A stretch of 38,635 nt of DNA, taken from a virus. Its lineage: Duplodnaviria > Caudoviricetes. The translations under genes and the position numbers were made by a program. The notes under the pieces are model-generated. The model was not told the DNA's origin. It worked only from the letters and a program-made list of their open reading frames with translations, and did not search any database. Below are positions 16,731 to 26,042 of the stretch, piece after piece. Each line of letters begins with the position of its first letter. The stretch's first letter is position 1. Where the stretch lies: positions 1 through 38,635 of IMG/VR virus record IMGVR_UViG_3300012948_000008, one strand, 5' to 3'.

Positions 16731-19700
16731 ATGAAGATCAGCGAATACGGCGAGCTCTTTACCCCGGCCCCGGGCGATTACCTCGTGATCGTGCAAGGCG
16801 GGACCACGTACAAAGTACGCCTCGACGTGCTCGGCCTGGCGAGCGGCGGCGGCGGCACGGGACTACTCGATCCGGCGGCCAACGGGCTTGTAATTCGCAA
16901 CGCCGAAAACGTGACGATCGCGCGCTCACTCATCGCGCCCGCGGCGGGCCTGGCGATCGCCAATCCTGACGGCGTGGCCGGGCCGCCAACGTTCAGTCTT
17001 GCGAACGATCTCGCCGCGCTCGAAGCCCTCAGCGGCCCGGGCTATCCCAAGCGGGCCGCGAGCCCGGCCGATACCTGGGCTTTGATGCCCGCGATCCCGG
17101 CGGGCGATATCTCGGGCGCGCAAGCCCTGACGGGCGTCAGTGATCCAAACGTAACGATCACACTCGGCGGCTCGGCGGCAACGGCCGTACTCTCGCCCGC
17201 CTCGATCACGCTCGGGTGGGCCGGTCAATTATCGGTTGCTCGTGGCGGGACCGGCGCGGGCACGCTCGCGAATAACGGGATCCTCTACGGCGGCGGCATC
17301 GGTCCGATCTCCGCGCTCGCGCCCAACGCCGCGGTAACTAACAAGTTTTTAACGCAATCAAACGGCGGCGCGCCCGCCTGGGCCACGATCACGCCCGCCG
17401 ATCTCCCGGGCGGCTTCTCGGGTTTCGCGAATCCGTCGACGCTTATCGGCCTCGCGGTTGTCAACGGCTCGACGACGACGGCAATGAGAAGCGATGCGGC
17501 CCCGGCCCTCAGTCAAGCGATCGCGCCGACCTGGACCGCGGCGCACACATTCACGGCCGGGATCTCGATGGCCGCCACGAAGATCACAAACCTGGCCCAA
17601 GCAATCGCGAGCACTGACGCGCTCGCCGCCGGGCGCACGATAACCGAGGGCGCGGGCCTGGCCGGGAACACTTACGACCTAACGGCAAACCGCACGCTTG
17701 CGCTCGGCTTGCCCTCGACGCTTACGGTTTCAACTGTCGACGCCGCGAGCGGGACCACGCACGCGCACGCGATCACGTCGAGCTCGAATCCCGGCGCGGC
17801 CGCGATGATCCTGGCAACCGATGCGAGCGGCTATTTAACGACCGTGCGCCTTACGGTCACGGATCGGATCTTCGTTAACGCCGCGGTTGCTAACTTTTTT
17901 CTTAAGGACACCTTGACCGGATGGCAGAGCGCGAGCTCGCTTGTGATCACGCCGCAGATCAATAACTCGATCCGCTCGACCAACTTCACGGCCGGGCTTG
18001 TCGGGTGGGGGATCAACGCGATCGGCGATGCCGAATTTAATAACATCGTCGTCCGGGGCGAGTTGCGCGCCTCGGTTTTTAAAATTCAAGAGCTTGCGGC
18101 GACGGCGGGCACGTTCGGGGTTTTCTATTCGGCGAGCACTAATTATGCCGACGTGACGACGCCCGGCGCAGTCGGCGGCGCTTTCTCTTTCGACGCTAAA
18201 AACTCCGACGCGGGCGGCATGCTTTTTGGCGTCGGCGATCCCGTGCGTTGGAAAGCTTTTGTTTCAACCTCGGGCGTCATTATCGGCGACTCCTGGGCGA
18301 CCGTTAACACGCGCACGAATCACGGGACCTATACAACCTACACGGCCACGCTCAGCGCCGGGAGTGTTAACACAACTTACCGGGCGGGCACGGCCGTTGT
18401 CGACTACGGCCCAAGCGGGACCGGGTTTATCACGCTCTCGGCCGATGGGACCGTTGGCGCGTCGCCTAATCTGACCATGGCCAAGCATGCGGGCTCGCCC
18501 TGGGCGGCCTTTACGACGCTTTTAAGGCTCGGAAATCTCAACGGCTCATATGGGTATGCGTCCGACGTCTACGGCCTCGCCGTCGGCCAGTATGGCGTGA
18601 GCAATGATGCTTGGATCACGATCGCCAATAGCGGGACCGCGGCGACGAGCGGCGTACGCCTGGGCCAAAACACAACTACTTACATTCAACTCAAAACGGA
18701 TGGCTCGGGATATCTGGCCAACTCGTTGATCGCCTGGGATACGAGCGGCAATCTAAACGTTACCGGCAACGCGACGATCGCCGGGTGGACGATCACGCCG
18801 AATGCTTTAACAACGCCCGGCGGCTACGTGAAAGTCGCAGCTAACGACGATCTCTCGATCACGCCCGGCGCTTGGTTCGGCCGCAGCCCGAGCGGGTTTT
18901 ATGGCGTGCGCTTGCAAGACGGATTTTCTAACGAGATCCGCATGCTCATCGGCGACGGCTCGATCTATCCCTATATCGGATTTATCGGGGCGGGTGTTTA
19001 TCGCGTCGTGATCGGCGGACTCAACGGCGCGAGTTTCCCGGGCGGGCCGAGCTCTAGCATGGGCCTCAAGATCGGCGACAACTCGGCTAACTTGCTCGTC
19101 GAATTCTCAAGCGTGCGAAACACGATCGCCGGGTGGACCATTACGACCACGCGGATCGCCAACGCGCACGTTTTGATCGACAACCCGGGGCAATTTATTT
19201 CGCTCGGCTCGACACCGCCGACAGCGTACAACACAGCGGCCGGGCTTTACTTCGAGGGCGCGAATGGCGGGCGCGTCTCGTGGTATTCCGACGTTAATAA
19301 TTACTTACTTTGGGATTCGTCAAAGCTCATTATCAAAGCCCAAAACTTCACGCTCGACGCCTCGGGCAATCTCACGGCCACGAGTGCAACTCTCAGCGGC
19401 GCGATTACGGCCACGAGTGGATCAATTACTGGCAACGTCACGATCACGGGCTCGCTTACGGCCGCGAGTGGTAACGTCCTACTCGACGCGAACGGCCTGA
19501 CGCTCGCGCCGACGAGCACGCTTGCATATTTTCGCTTTCAATCGGCCGGGCAAACTACGCTTGAGTTTAGAGGCGCGGACGGCGACAACATAATCCAATC
19601 GAAGGGGCGAACGGGCGGCAGTTTTTCACAAGCCGCGCGCTTGATTCTGTCCGCTCTAGATCAAGCGGGCTCTCACTCGGCCTCGTTTCACGTCACGTCA

Positions 19701-20777
19701 ACCGCGACGGCGGCCTCGGCGGGCGTCTATAACATTGACGGGTTTGTGATCGGCGGAAACGGCTCGTCACCCGGCGCAATGATCGATCTTCGACTTGCTA
19801 GTGATGGTCCGGCATTTATCGGCCGCGGCCCGTCGAGCGCGGGACGTTTCGAGCTTGATTTTAACAGCGACGGATCTTGGTCGATGTGGGATTGTTCGGG
19901 CGGCACATGGGCCAAAGGGATCACGCACAAGGGCGGCAACGTCGGCGTCAATACTACAAACCCTTCTAACGCAAAATTGCATGTCGTCGGAGCGGCAAAC
20001 AATAACACTTTTTATGCTAAGGCCGACACAACGACGGGCCAAAGTTTCGGCGCAGTCGTAGACGCCGGGACCAATGCGTCAGACTCGGCCTTACTCGTGC
20101 GCGCGGCGAATTCTACGACGACCTATTTCGCGATCCGCGGCGACGGTTTCTTTAGTTCCTACTCGACCGTCAATTTTGCGGTTTTTGATGGGCCGAGTGG
20201 TTCCTATCTTCGGCTTCGCAATAACAGCGCGGAATCGGGTTATGTCGGCTCGGCAGTCTCGATCGGAATTCCCACGGCGACCGGATTAGACACGGGTTTA
20301 TATTCCGCCGCTAACTTGCACCTTTACGCGAACAATACATTGATTTTCAGCGGCAACTTACGCTTGCGAACGTACGGCGCGGGCACGTTGATCACTGACG
20401 CGAGCGGCAACGTCTCGGCCTCATCCGATGAGCGCCTCAAGTTTGTCGAGGGCGAATATACGCGCGGGCTCGCCGCTCTACGCCTGGCCGGGCGGCCGGT
20501 CTATTACAAGATGCGCCCGGGCTTTTATACCGACGACACCTCAACGCGCTTCGTCGGCTGGACCACACAACGGATCGCGCCGGGAATTCCCGAGGCCGTC
20601 ATGCCTGGCGATCCATATGACAACCTTTGGGATCGCGCGATACATGCCACGATGCACAACGCCATTTTGGATCTCGACACGCGCGACGACGCCTTACAAA
20701 GTCAGATCACAACGTTACAAAACCAAGTCGAGCAATTGACCGCGCGCGTCGCCGCACTCGAAGCGGCGGCCGTCTGA
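16731..20777 (+). CDS. Long tail fibre/receptor-binding protein with C-terminal peptidase S74 intramolecular chaperone
   Basis: 1348 aa, G/T/S/A-rich; N-terminal KISE...D...IVQ.G.T.KV anchor; SDERLK autocleavage motif and terminal coiled coil. Confidence 0.9.
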   Translation: MKISEYGELFTPAPGDYLVIVQGGTTYKVRLDVLGLASGGGGTGLLDPAANGLVIRNAENVTIARSLIAPAAGLAIANPDGVAGPPTFSLANDLAALEALSGPGYPKRAASPADTWALMPAIPAGDISGAQALTGVSDPNVTITLGGSAATAVLSPASITLGWAGQLSVARGGTGAGTLANNGILYGGGIGPISALAPNAAVTNKFLTQSNGGAPAWATITPADLPGGFSGFANPSTLIGLAVVNGSTTTAMRSDAAPALSQAIAPTWTAAHTFTAGISMAATKITNLAQAIASTDALAAGRTITEGAGLAGNTYDLTANRTLALGLPSTLTVSTVDAASGTTHAHAITSSSNPGAAAMILATDASGYLTTVRLTVTDRIFVNAAVANFFLKDTLTGWQSASSLVITPQINNSIRSTNFTAGLVGWGINAIGDAEFNNIVVRGELRASVFKIQELAATAGTFGVFYSASTNYADVTTPGAVGGAFSFDAKNSDAGGMLFGVGDPVRWKAFVSTSGVIIGDSWATVNTRTNHGTYTTYTATLSAGSVNTTYRAGTAVVDYGPSGTGFITLSADGTVGASPNLTMAKHAGSPWAAFTTLLRLGNLNGSYGYASDVYGLAVGQYGVSNDAWITIANSGTAATSGVRLGQNTTTYIQLKTDGSGYLANSLIAWDTSGNLNVTGNATIAGWTITPNALTTPGGYVKVAANDDLSITPGAWFGRSPSGFYGVRLQDGFSNEIRMLIGDGSIYPYIGFIGAGVYRVVIGGLNGASFPGGPSSSMGLKIGDNSANLLVEFSSVRNTIAGWTITTTRIANAHVLIDNPGQFISLGSTPPTAYNTAAGLYFEGANGGRVSWYSDVNNYLLWDSSKLIIKAQNFTLDASGNLTATSATLSGAITATSGSITGNVTITGSLTAASGNVLLDANGLTLAPTSTLAYFRFQSAGQTTLEFRGADGDNIIQSKGRTGGSFSQAARLILSALDQAGSHSASFHVTSTATAASAGVYNIDGFVIGGNGSSPGAMIDLRLASDGPAFIGRGPSSAGRFELDFNSDGSWSMWDCSGGTWAKGITHKGGNVGVNTTNPSNAKLHVVGAANNNTFYAKADTTTGQSFGAVVDAGTNASDSALLVRAANSTTTYFAIRGDGFFSSYSTVNFAVFDGPSGSYLRLRNNSAESGYVGSAVSIGIPTATGLDTGLYSAANLHLYANNTLIFSGNLRLRTYGAGTLITDASGNVSASSDERLKFVEGEYTRGLAALRLAGRPVYYKMRPGFYTDDTSTRFVGWTTQRIAPGIPEAVMPGDPYDNLWDRAIHATMHNAILDLDTRDDALQSQITTLQNQVEQLTARVAALEAAAV

Positions 20778-20791
20778 AAGGAAAAAAAACA

Positions 20792-21019
20792 ATGGATGTG
20801 AAAATGAGATGCCAGTCGATCCGCGGCACGGCGCAAGCGGATCAGATCGTAACCGAGCGCACGTTTGTCTCGACCGATAACGACGGCAATCAACTAAACG
20901 CCGACGTCACCAACGCCAGTTATCAAGACACGCAAACCGGGCCCGCGGGTGATACCTCGATCCAACTTAACGAGGTGGTCACGTTCGCGATCGGCGTGCC
21001 GCCGGTAGTAGCAACTTAA
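20792..21019 (+). CDS. Small hypothetical protein, possibly fibre-associated
   Basis: AAAGGA RBS, ATG at 20792. Confidence 0.7.
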   Translation: MDVKMRCQSIRGTAQADQIVTERTFVSTDNDGNQLNADVTNASYQDTQTGPAGDTSIQLNEVVTFAIGVPPVVAT

Positions 21020-21038
21020 AAAACCGAAAGGGGCAAAA

Positions 21039-21446
21039 GTGAATATTCAAGACGTCTTGCGCTTCGTTGAGCAAGCCGAGCGATACCTCGCGGCCAACGA
21101 TCCGCAAAGAAAAACCAAGCTCGCCTATGCGCTCGCCCGCGTCACTAAACAGTGTCAACCGAAGATTCAAGAGTATCTAGCCGAGCTCGAAGATCTTCGC
21201 GTCGAGCATTGTCTCGTTGATAAGGACGGGGCGATCCGACGCGCCGGGCCCGAGGGCAAAGATTACGTTTTCAGCCGCGAGGGCTTGACCGCTCTTAACA
21301 CGGCGCATCGCGAGTTACTAGAGAAAGAGATCAAGATCGATCCCTACTACGCAACGAGCTTGCCCGAGGATCTCTCGGAGGTTTGGCGCGCGGAATTCGA
21401 GCGCTTCGTGATCCGTGAGGCCGACGAGCTCGCCGCCGTGGCTTGA
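21039..21446 (+). CDS. Hypothetical protein, resembles DUF1617-like post-fibre proteins
   Basis: AAAGGGG RBS; helical with H...DKDG and ELLE.EI.I. Confidence 0.65.
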   Translation: MNIQDVLRFVEQAERYLAANDPQRKTKLAYALARVTKQCQPKIQEYLAELEDLRVEHCLVDKDGAIRRAGPEGKDYVFSREGLTALNTAHRELLEKEIKIDPYYATSLPEDLSEVWRAEFERFVIREADELAAVA

Positions 21447-21450
21447 GTCA

Positions 21451-24400
21451 ATGACCGTTAGAATACCGGACTCAGAAAAGCTCGCCGCGCTTCGGGCTTT
21501 GGCTTATACCGAAGTAGCCGAGCTCGTAAAGATCTCGTGGCCCGCGCCCGACGGCGAGATCTTTTACACCTCGACGATCGATCCTCACCTTTTGCGCCTC
21601 TTGCCCGTCGAGGTGGCCCCGCTCGAAATGCGTTTACCCGGGCGCACGTTTCAAGAGATCTTGAGCGATACCACGATCTCGGATGATCGCGTTAACTTGC
21701 GTCTTTGGGACGGCGACGGGGCAATCACGGATCTGGCGGCCAAGTATGGGGCCGGGCAACGAGTCGAGATCTTTTACTGGTTCCCGCAAGTCGAGCTTTT
21801 TTTCTCGCAATGGTTTGGGCACTTGCAACCCGTCGAGCAAGGCTCGGCCGAGTGGTACGAATGCACGGCCGAGGTGGGCTTTATGTCGTCCATGTTGCCC
21901 TTGCCGCGGCGGGCTTTCTTTTCGAGTTGCTCGGCCCTCTTCGGCGGATGGCTAACGACGCAAGACGAGATCGATCAAGGTGATTGCCCGTACAACCGAC
22001 ACCTGGGCGGCGCGGCCGCGAGTTTGATCGATCTCATTCCGACCGACGCCGCCAACGTCGACACAACCGCGGGCATAATCAAAAACGCGGGCGGCGCGGC
22101 TTGGAATGCGGGCGCGCGGCACTCGATCGCGATCAACGAGGGCGAGGATGCCGTGATCGAAGTGATCCGTGGCAGCGAGTATGCGATCGCGGGCTTCTCG
22201 ACCAATCCGATCTTGCGATCGTTCGCGGATTTTTTGCTCGGCTTGCAATGGAATCCCGCCGCGGCAAGCCCGGCTTATGGCTCGACGCTTACCTTACAAG
22301 CCAACTTCGGCGGCTCGCAGTTATGGCCCGCGGCGCGCTCGGCCCTGGGCGACACCTTGCGGATCGAGTTGCGCTCGGGCCGCTTTCGCCTCTACGGGCC
22401 CGGCGGCGAGATCTCGCCCGGGAGCTTTCAACCGCCCGCCCCGGCCTATCCGCTCTACTTGGGGATCGCAATTATGAACGTCGGCGCGGGCGCGTCGTCG
22501 GTTAAGGTGAAGATCGGCGATATAGGCGCGGCCGGTATGACGGGCAACCTTGATCCCGCGACGTCGGCCCCGTTTACCGATTGCCCGCGGGACCGGCCCG
22601 CGTGCATCGCGCGCCTCGGCGACGATCTTTCTTATCTCGGCTTCGATACCGTGATCCAATCGTACACGGTCGGGCAAACCAAGGGCCCCGCGATCACGGT
22701 TACGACGCGCGGCAATGAATCAAATCTCAAGCGGCCGTTACGGGTGATCGCGGGCGAGCGCGAAGTACAAGATCTCGATCTCCTGGCGTACAGCGTCGAG
22801 CCCGACACTAAACACCCCGAGGGCGGGGCCGTCACGGTCTTGATGGCCGAATGCGAGGGGCCGATCGACGCCGCCTCTAATCAGTCGGTCAACGGCGTGG
22901 CCATCGGGGCGATGCACTTAAACCAACGCAACGGCGAGACGCGCCAAAGTCGGACCGGCTTTTCGGCGCAAGTCGCGAATTATTCGGGCACGGCGCTTTT
23001 CTTTGGTCGGGCACAAGGCGACTTCACGAAGATCACGCCCGATCAACTCCGCGGCTCGGCGCATATTCGCGGCTCGCGCGACGTGCGCCGCTACACGAGC
23101 GAGACGAGTTTCGCCGAAGAGTATTCGACCGATCGGGCATGGTGGCTCTTGCATTGCTTACGCAACCGACGTTGGGGGTACGGGCTCGACGTCAAGCGCT
23201 TCGTGATTCAAGACTTTATCGATCTCGCCGCCTGGGGCCAAGAGATCGTTTCTTTCACTGACGCGGGCGGCACTCATTACACGGGCCAGCGCACAACCTT
23301 TCACGCCGAGCTCATCGATCGGACCGTACAGCAACAAATAAACGATATCTGTCTCGCGGGCCGGTATGGCTTGCCGTACGTCGAGGCGGGCAAGCTTCGG
23401 ATCAAGCCGCTCTCGGCCGCGCCCGAGTTTCTGACGCCGCAACAATTCACGACGAAAGCTTACCTCGGGGCCCTGGCGCGCAATCCGACGTCAACCGAGC
23501 TCGACGCCTGGGTGACGGCCCTTAACTCGGCCATGTCGACGAGCGAGGCGGCCTTGCTTGCCGAGGCGCAATCGCTCGTCAAGGGACTTTTCGAGGGTAG
23601 CGAATACCTCGGGCTCGCCACGACGGACGAGGCCTTTATGAGCGATTTATACGCCGCCTACCTGGGCCGGGTGGCCGACGCCGAGGGCTCGGCCTTTTGG
23701 CTTCGGGAAATGCAAGTCAACGGCAAGCCGCGGGCCGACGTCGAGGATGCTTTCGGCACTTCGCCCGAGTTTGTGCGCCGCGTCGACGGCATGCTCGGCC
23801 TGGGGATCCCGGTCTTTACCGATCAAGGCTCGGCGCGCAATATCGTTTGGGAAAGCAACCGCTCGACGCTCAAGCGGCAAGTCGTGACCGATGCCGATCT
23901 CCCCAATCGCGTCGTGATCACGTTCGACGACGAAGAGCACAAAAACGCCGAGCGCCCCTTACCTTTCGAAGATCCCGATCAGCAACTCGCCGCCGGGCGC
24001 GCTTTCGGCGATACAACTCGCCGCGTCGTCGAGAAAACCTACTCGGCCCTCGGGGTGACTAACATCGGCGAGGCCGTGCGCCTGGGTAACTTGCTCTTAC
24101 ACCTCGGGGCGTTCGACGAGGGCGGGACTAAAAATAATCTTCGCGTACAGTTTTCGACGTGGTACAGCGAGACGATCGATCTCCATAAGTACAGCTTGAT
24201 CAAAGTCGAGGCCGAGAAGCTCGATCGGATCAACGATATCCGCGCGGCCGCCGGGCTTGAGCGCTTCGACTATTTTCGCATTCGCTCAATGAAGCGAGCC
24301 GCGGATCTCAAAGTCGAGATCTCGGCCCAAGCTTACCCGCGCGCTTACTATCAAGCCATGGAATCATGGAATATCCCGCCGCCAATCCCGGGCGCGCCTG

Positions 24401-24516
24401 GGCTCGTGAATCCCGGCGGCGACTTTCTCACGCCGCCCGGCATCTTGCCGATCGACGGCGGCTCGGTTGTGCTCGAAAGCGATCGGGCAACTTTCAAGAT
24501 CGCCGAGATCGTATGA
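21451..24516 (+). CDS. Tail tip/hub protein (gpL-like Cys region fused to a gpJ-like region) with DUF4214-like insertion
   Basis: C...CPY...C-x6-C cluster, CEGPI, YSGTA, L.N.RWGYG, N.V...F.D; inserted LY..YLGR..D.EG..FW...F..S.EF repeats. Confidence 0.8.
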   Translation: MTVRIPDSEKLAALRALAYTEVAELVKISWPAPDGEIFYTSTIDPHLLRLLPVEVAPLEMRLPGRTFQEILSDTTISDDRVNLRLWDGDGAITDLAAKYGAGQRVEIFYWFPQVELFFSQWFGHLQPVEQGSAEWYECTAEVGFMSSMLPLPRRAFFSSCSALFGGWLTTQDEIDQGDCPYNRHLGGAAASLIDLIPTDAANVDTTAGIIKNAGGAAWNAGARHSIAINEGEDAVIEVIRGSEYAIAGFSTNPILRSFADFLLGLQWNPAAASPAYGSTLTLQANFGGSQLWPAARSALGDTLRIELRSGRFRLYGPGGEISPGSFQPPAPAYPLYLGIAIMNVGAGASSVKVKIGDIGAAGMTGNLDPATSAPFTDCPRDRPACIARLGDDLSYLGFDTVIQSYTVGQTKGPAITVTTRGNESNLKRPLRVIAGEREVQDLDLLAYSVEPDTKHPEGGAVTVLMAECEGPIDAASNQSVNGVAIGAMHLNQRNGETRQSRTGFSAQVANYSGTALFFGRAQGDFTKITPDQLRGSAHIRGSRDVRRYTSETSFAEEYSTDRAWWLLHCLRNRRWGYGLDVKRFVIQDFIDLAAWGQEIVSFTDAGGTHYTGQRTTFHAELIDRTVQQQINDICLAGRYGLPYVEAGKLRIKPLSAAPEFLTPQQFTTKAYLGALARNPTSTELDAWVTALNSAMSTSEAALLAEAQSLVKGLFEGSEYLGLATTDEAFMSDLYAAYLGRVADAEGSAFWLREMQVNGKPRADVEDAFGTSPEFVRRVDGMLGLGIPVFTDQGSARNIVWESNRSTLKRQVVTDADLPNRVVITFDDEEHKNAERPLPFEDPDQQLAAGRAFGDTTRRVVEKTYSALGVTNIGEAVRLGNLLLHLGAFDEGGTKNNLRVQFSTWYSETIDLHKYSLIKVEAEKLDRINDIRAAAGLERFDYFRIRSMKRAADLKVEISAQAYPRAYYQAMESWNIPPPIPGAPGLVNPGGDFLTPPGILPIDGGSVVLESDRATFKIAEIV

Positions 24517-24524
24517 GGTGAAAC

Positions 24525-24770
24525 GTGGCGAGCAATTACGCGGCTTTTGATGTGATGTTCGAAAACGACGACGGCACGACCACGCCCGCCGCGCTCGAAA
24601 CAGTTCACGTTTACGACGCAACGGCCCTCGCCGCCCTGGCGGATCTGACGGCCGACGTCAACGGGCATATTCCCGCCGGGACCGTAACGGGCGCGGCCGG
24701 GACCGTCTTGCGCTTTTGGGTAAATCACGGCGACGGGCGGGTAGGTTACGCCGAGACGATTACAACATGA
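24525..24770 (+). CDS. Small virion-associated hypothetical protein
   Basis: GAGGT RBS, GTG start, beta-rich. Confidence 0.7.
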   Translation: MASNYAAFDVMFENDDGTTTPAALETVHVYDATALAALADLTADVNGHIPAGTVTGAAGTVLRFWVNHGDGRVGYAETITT

Positions 24771-25081
24771 ATCTTTTGATCGCATCCTCGGGCGGCCGTA
24801 ACCTTGTCATAAGGCCTGGCGCGCGGCCGACGTTCTACTCGTCGAGCACTTTGCAACCCGCGATCGTTGAGGTGTATTGGCGCTTCGAGGATGAGCCGCC
24901 CGCGGCCGCCCGCTTGATCGGGCGATATCAACCCGGGCAACAAGTCGGCTTACCACTAACGACAAACCGTAACATAATCCTTTCGACGATCTCAGTTTCG
25001 GCGGGCGGCGTGCGATCCGTGCGAGATCTTCGCGACGCCGCCGAGCTCTTGCTTCTCGTGCCCGCCTCTACCGGGCATTAG
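24767..25081 (+). CDS. Hypothetical protein, last gene of the late operon
   Basis: ATGA-coupled start. Confidence 0.65.
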   Translation: MNLLIASSGGRNLVIRPGARPTFYSSSTLQPAIVEVYWRFEDEPPAAARLIGRYQPGQQVGLPLTTNRNIILSTISVSAGGVRSVRDLRDAAELLLLVPASTGH

Positions 25082-25302
25082 TCCTCAACCTCAAAGGCCG
25101 CCCCGCTCGTGAGCTCGGCCTCGATGCCGTCGGCCGTGGCGCGCAAGATCCCGGGCATGGCTTGAATCATGTCGAGGGCGTCGGTTTGCACTTCGAGGCC
25201 GTGCCCGAATTGGCCGTTAATGATGATCAGGATCACGCCCTGGGCGTGCGCCGTCTTGCGGGCGAGTGTGGCGATCGCGTCGTACTTACCCGGGCCGATC
25301 AT
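25078..25302 (-). CDS. Hypothetical protein
   Basis: AAAGGA RBS; GPGKYD N-terminus; convergent overlap with the late operon. Confidence 0.7.
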   Translation of the reverse strand: MIGPGKYDAIATLARKTAHAQGVILIIINGQFGHGLEVQTDALDMIQAMPGILRATADGIEAELTSGAAFEVED

Positions 25303-25323
25303 AGGTGTGGCTTTCCTTTCGCT

Positions 25324-25641
25324 TTAATTGCGCTCAGCGGCCGCCCGGGCGCGCGCCTGGGCCTCTTGTCGCTTGAGCATAAACTCGTAGGTTTGGCGGG
25401 CCGCCTCGCGCCGCGTGAGGCCGTTCTCGCATGCGTGGCAATCCTCGGGCCCGCCTTGCTCAGTACACCGGCCCCGCAAGTGGGTCACACTCCCGAGGAC
25501 CGAGCGCACGAGGCACTCGCGATGCACGAGCCCGGGCTCGCCCTCGATGCCCGTGCGAAAGCCGATCACAGTGATCGGCACGGCCATGTCGGCGGCGATC
25601 TCTTCGGCCGTAACGAGCTCTTCGCAGTTTGGGCAAATCAT
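25324..25641 (-). CDS. Cys/His-rich putative zinc-binding protein
   Basis: CPNC...HREC...H...C...CHAC. Confidence 0.7.
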   Translation of the reverse strand: MICPNCEELVTAEEIAADMAVPITVIGFRTGIEGEPGLVHRECLVRSVLGSVTHLRGRCTEQGGPEDCHACENGLTRREAARQTYEFMLKRQEAQARARAAAERN

Positions 25642-25704
25642 GAGATCATTCTAACGCATGATGATCGCTCTAGCGCACAAAATCGCAGAAAAGCCGCGCG
25701 CGAT

Positions 25705-25949
25705 CCGTAGAGGACCACGAAGAGGACCACGAAAGCCCAAAACGGGCAAAAACATCAATATTTCGGCGGGTTTTGGCAATCCCGTCTCCCCTTGGGAGGG
25801 AGCGAGGGCTAACACTCTCAAGCGCTCTCAAGCGCTCTCTAGTGCTCAATTGTTGGGGTTTTTGCGATTTAGCGCAAGGCGGGCGACAGTCGGCCGGGTA
25901 AAAAGGATCGGGATCGATCAACCGTAGAGGACCACGAAGAGGACCACGA
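25705..25949. other. attP region with integrase arm-type and Xis-type repeats
   Basis: Identical 28-bp blocks at 25705-25732 and 25922-25949, each with two AGAGGACCACGA copies; tandem CTCTCAAGCG at 25815-25839; adjacent to the 3' end of int. Confidence 0.8.
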
Positions 25950-25953
25950 GGGC

Positions 25954-25986
25954 AAAAAAAGGGGCGCGCCCGGCCGGGCGCGCCCT
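25954..25986 (-). terminator. Intrinsic terminator downstream of integrase
   Basis: GGGCGCGCCC-GGCC-GGGCGCGCCC stem-loop followed by T7 on the minus strand. Confidence 0.8.
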
Positions 25987-26042
25987 CGGACCGTTCAGCG
26001 ATACGGCCCTATCTTACGCGCCCCGTCGGGCGCGCAAGATGC

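Noticed and set aside
16731-20777. Diversity-generating retroelement or invertible fibre system
   Set aside because: No reverse transcriptase, invertase or TR/VR pair seen
25733-25921. tRNA fragment in the attP core (CTCCCAA loop-like hairpin on the minus strand)
   Set aside because: No T-arm (GTTCRA) or acceptor stem/CCA can be built
25658-25927. ORFs over the attP region
   Set aside because: Translations simply mirror the arm repeats; a non-coding recombination site is the better explanation
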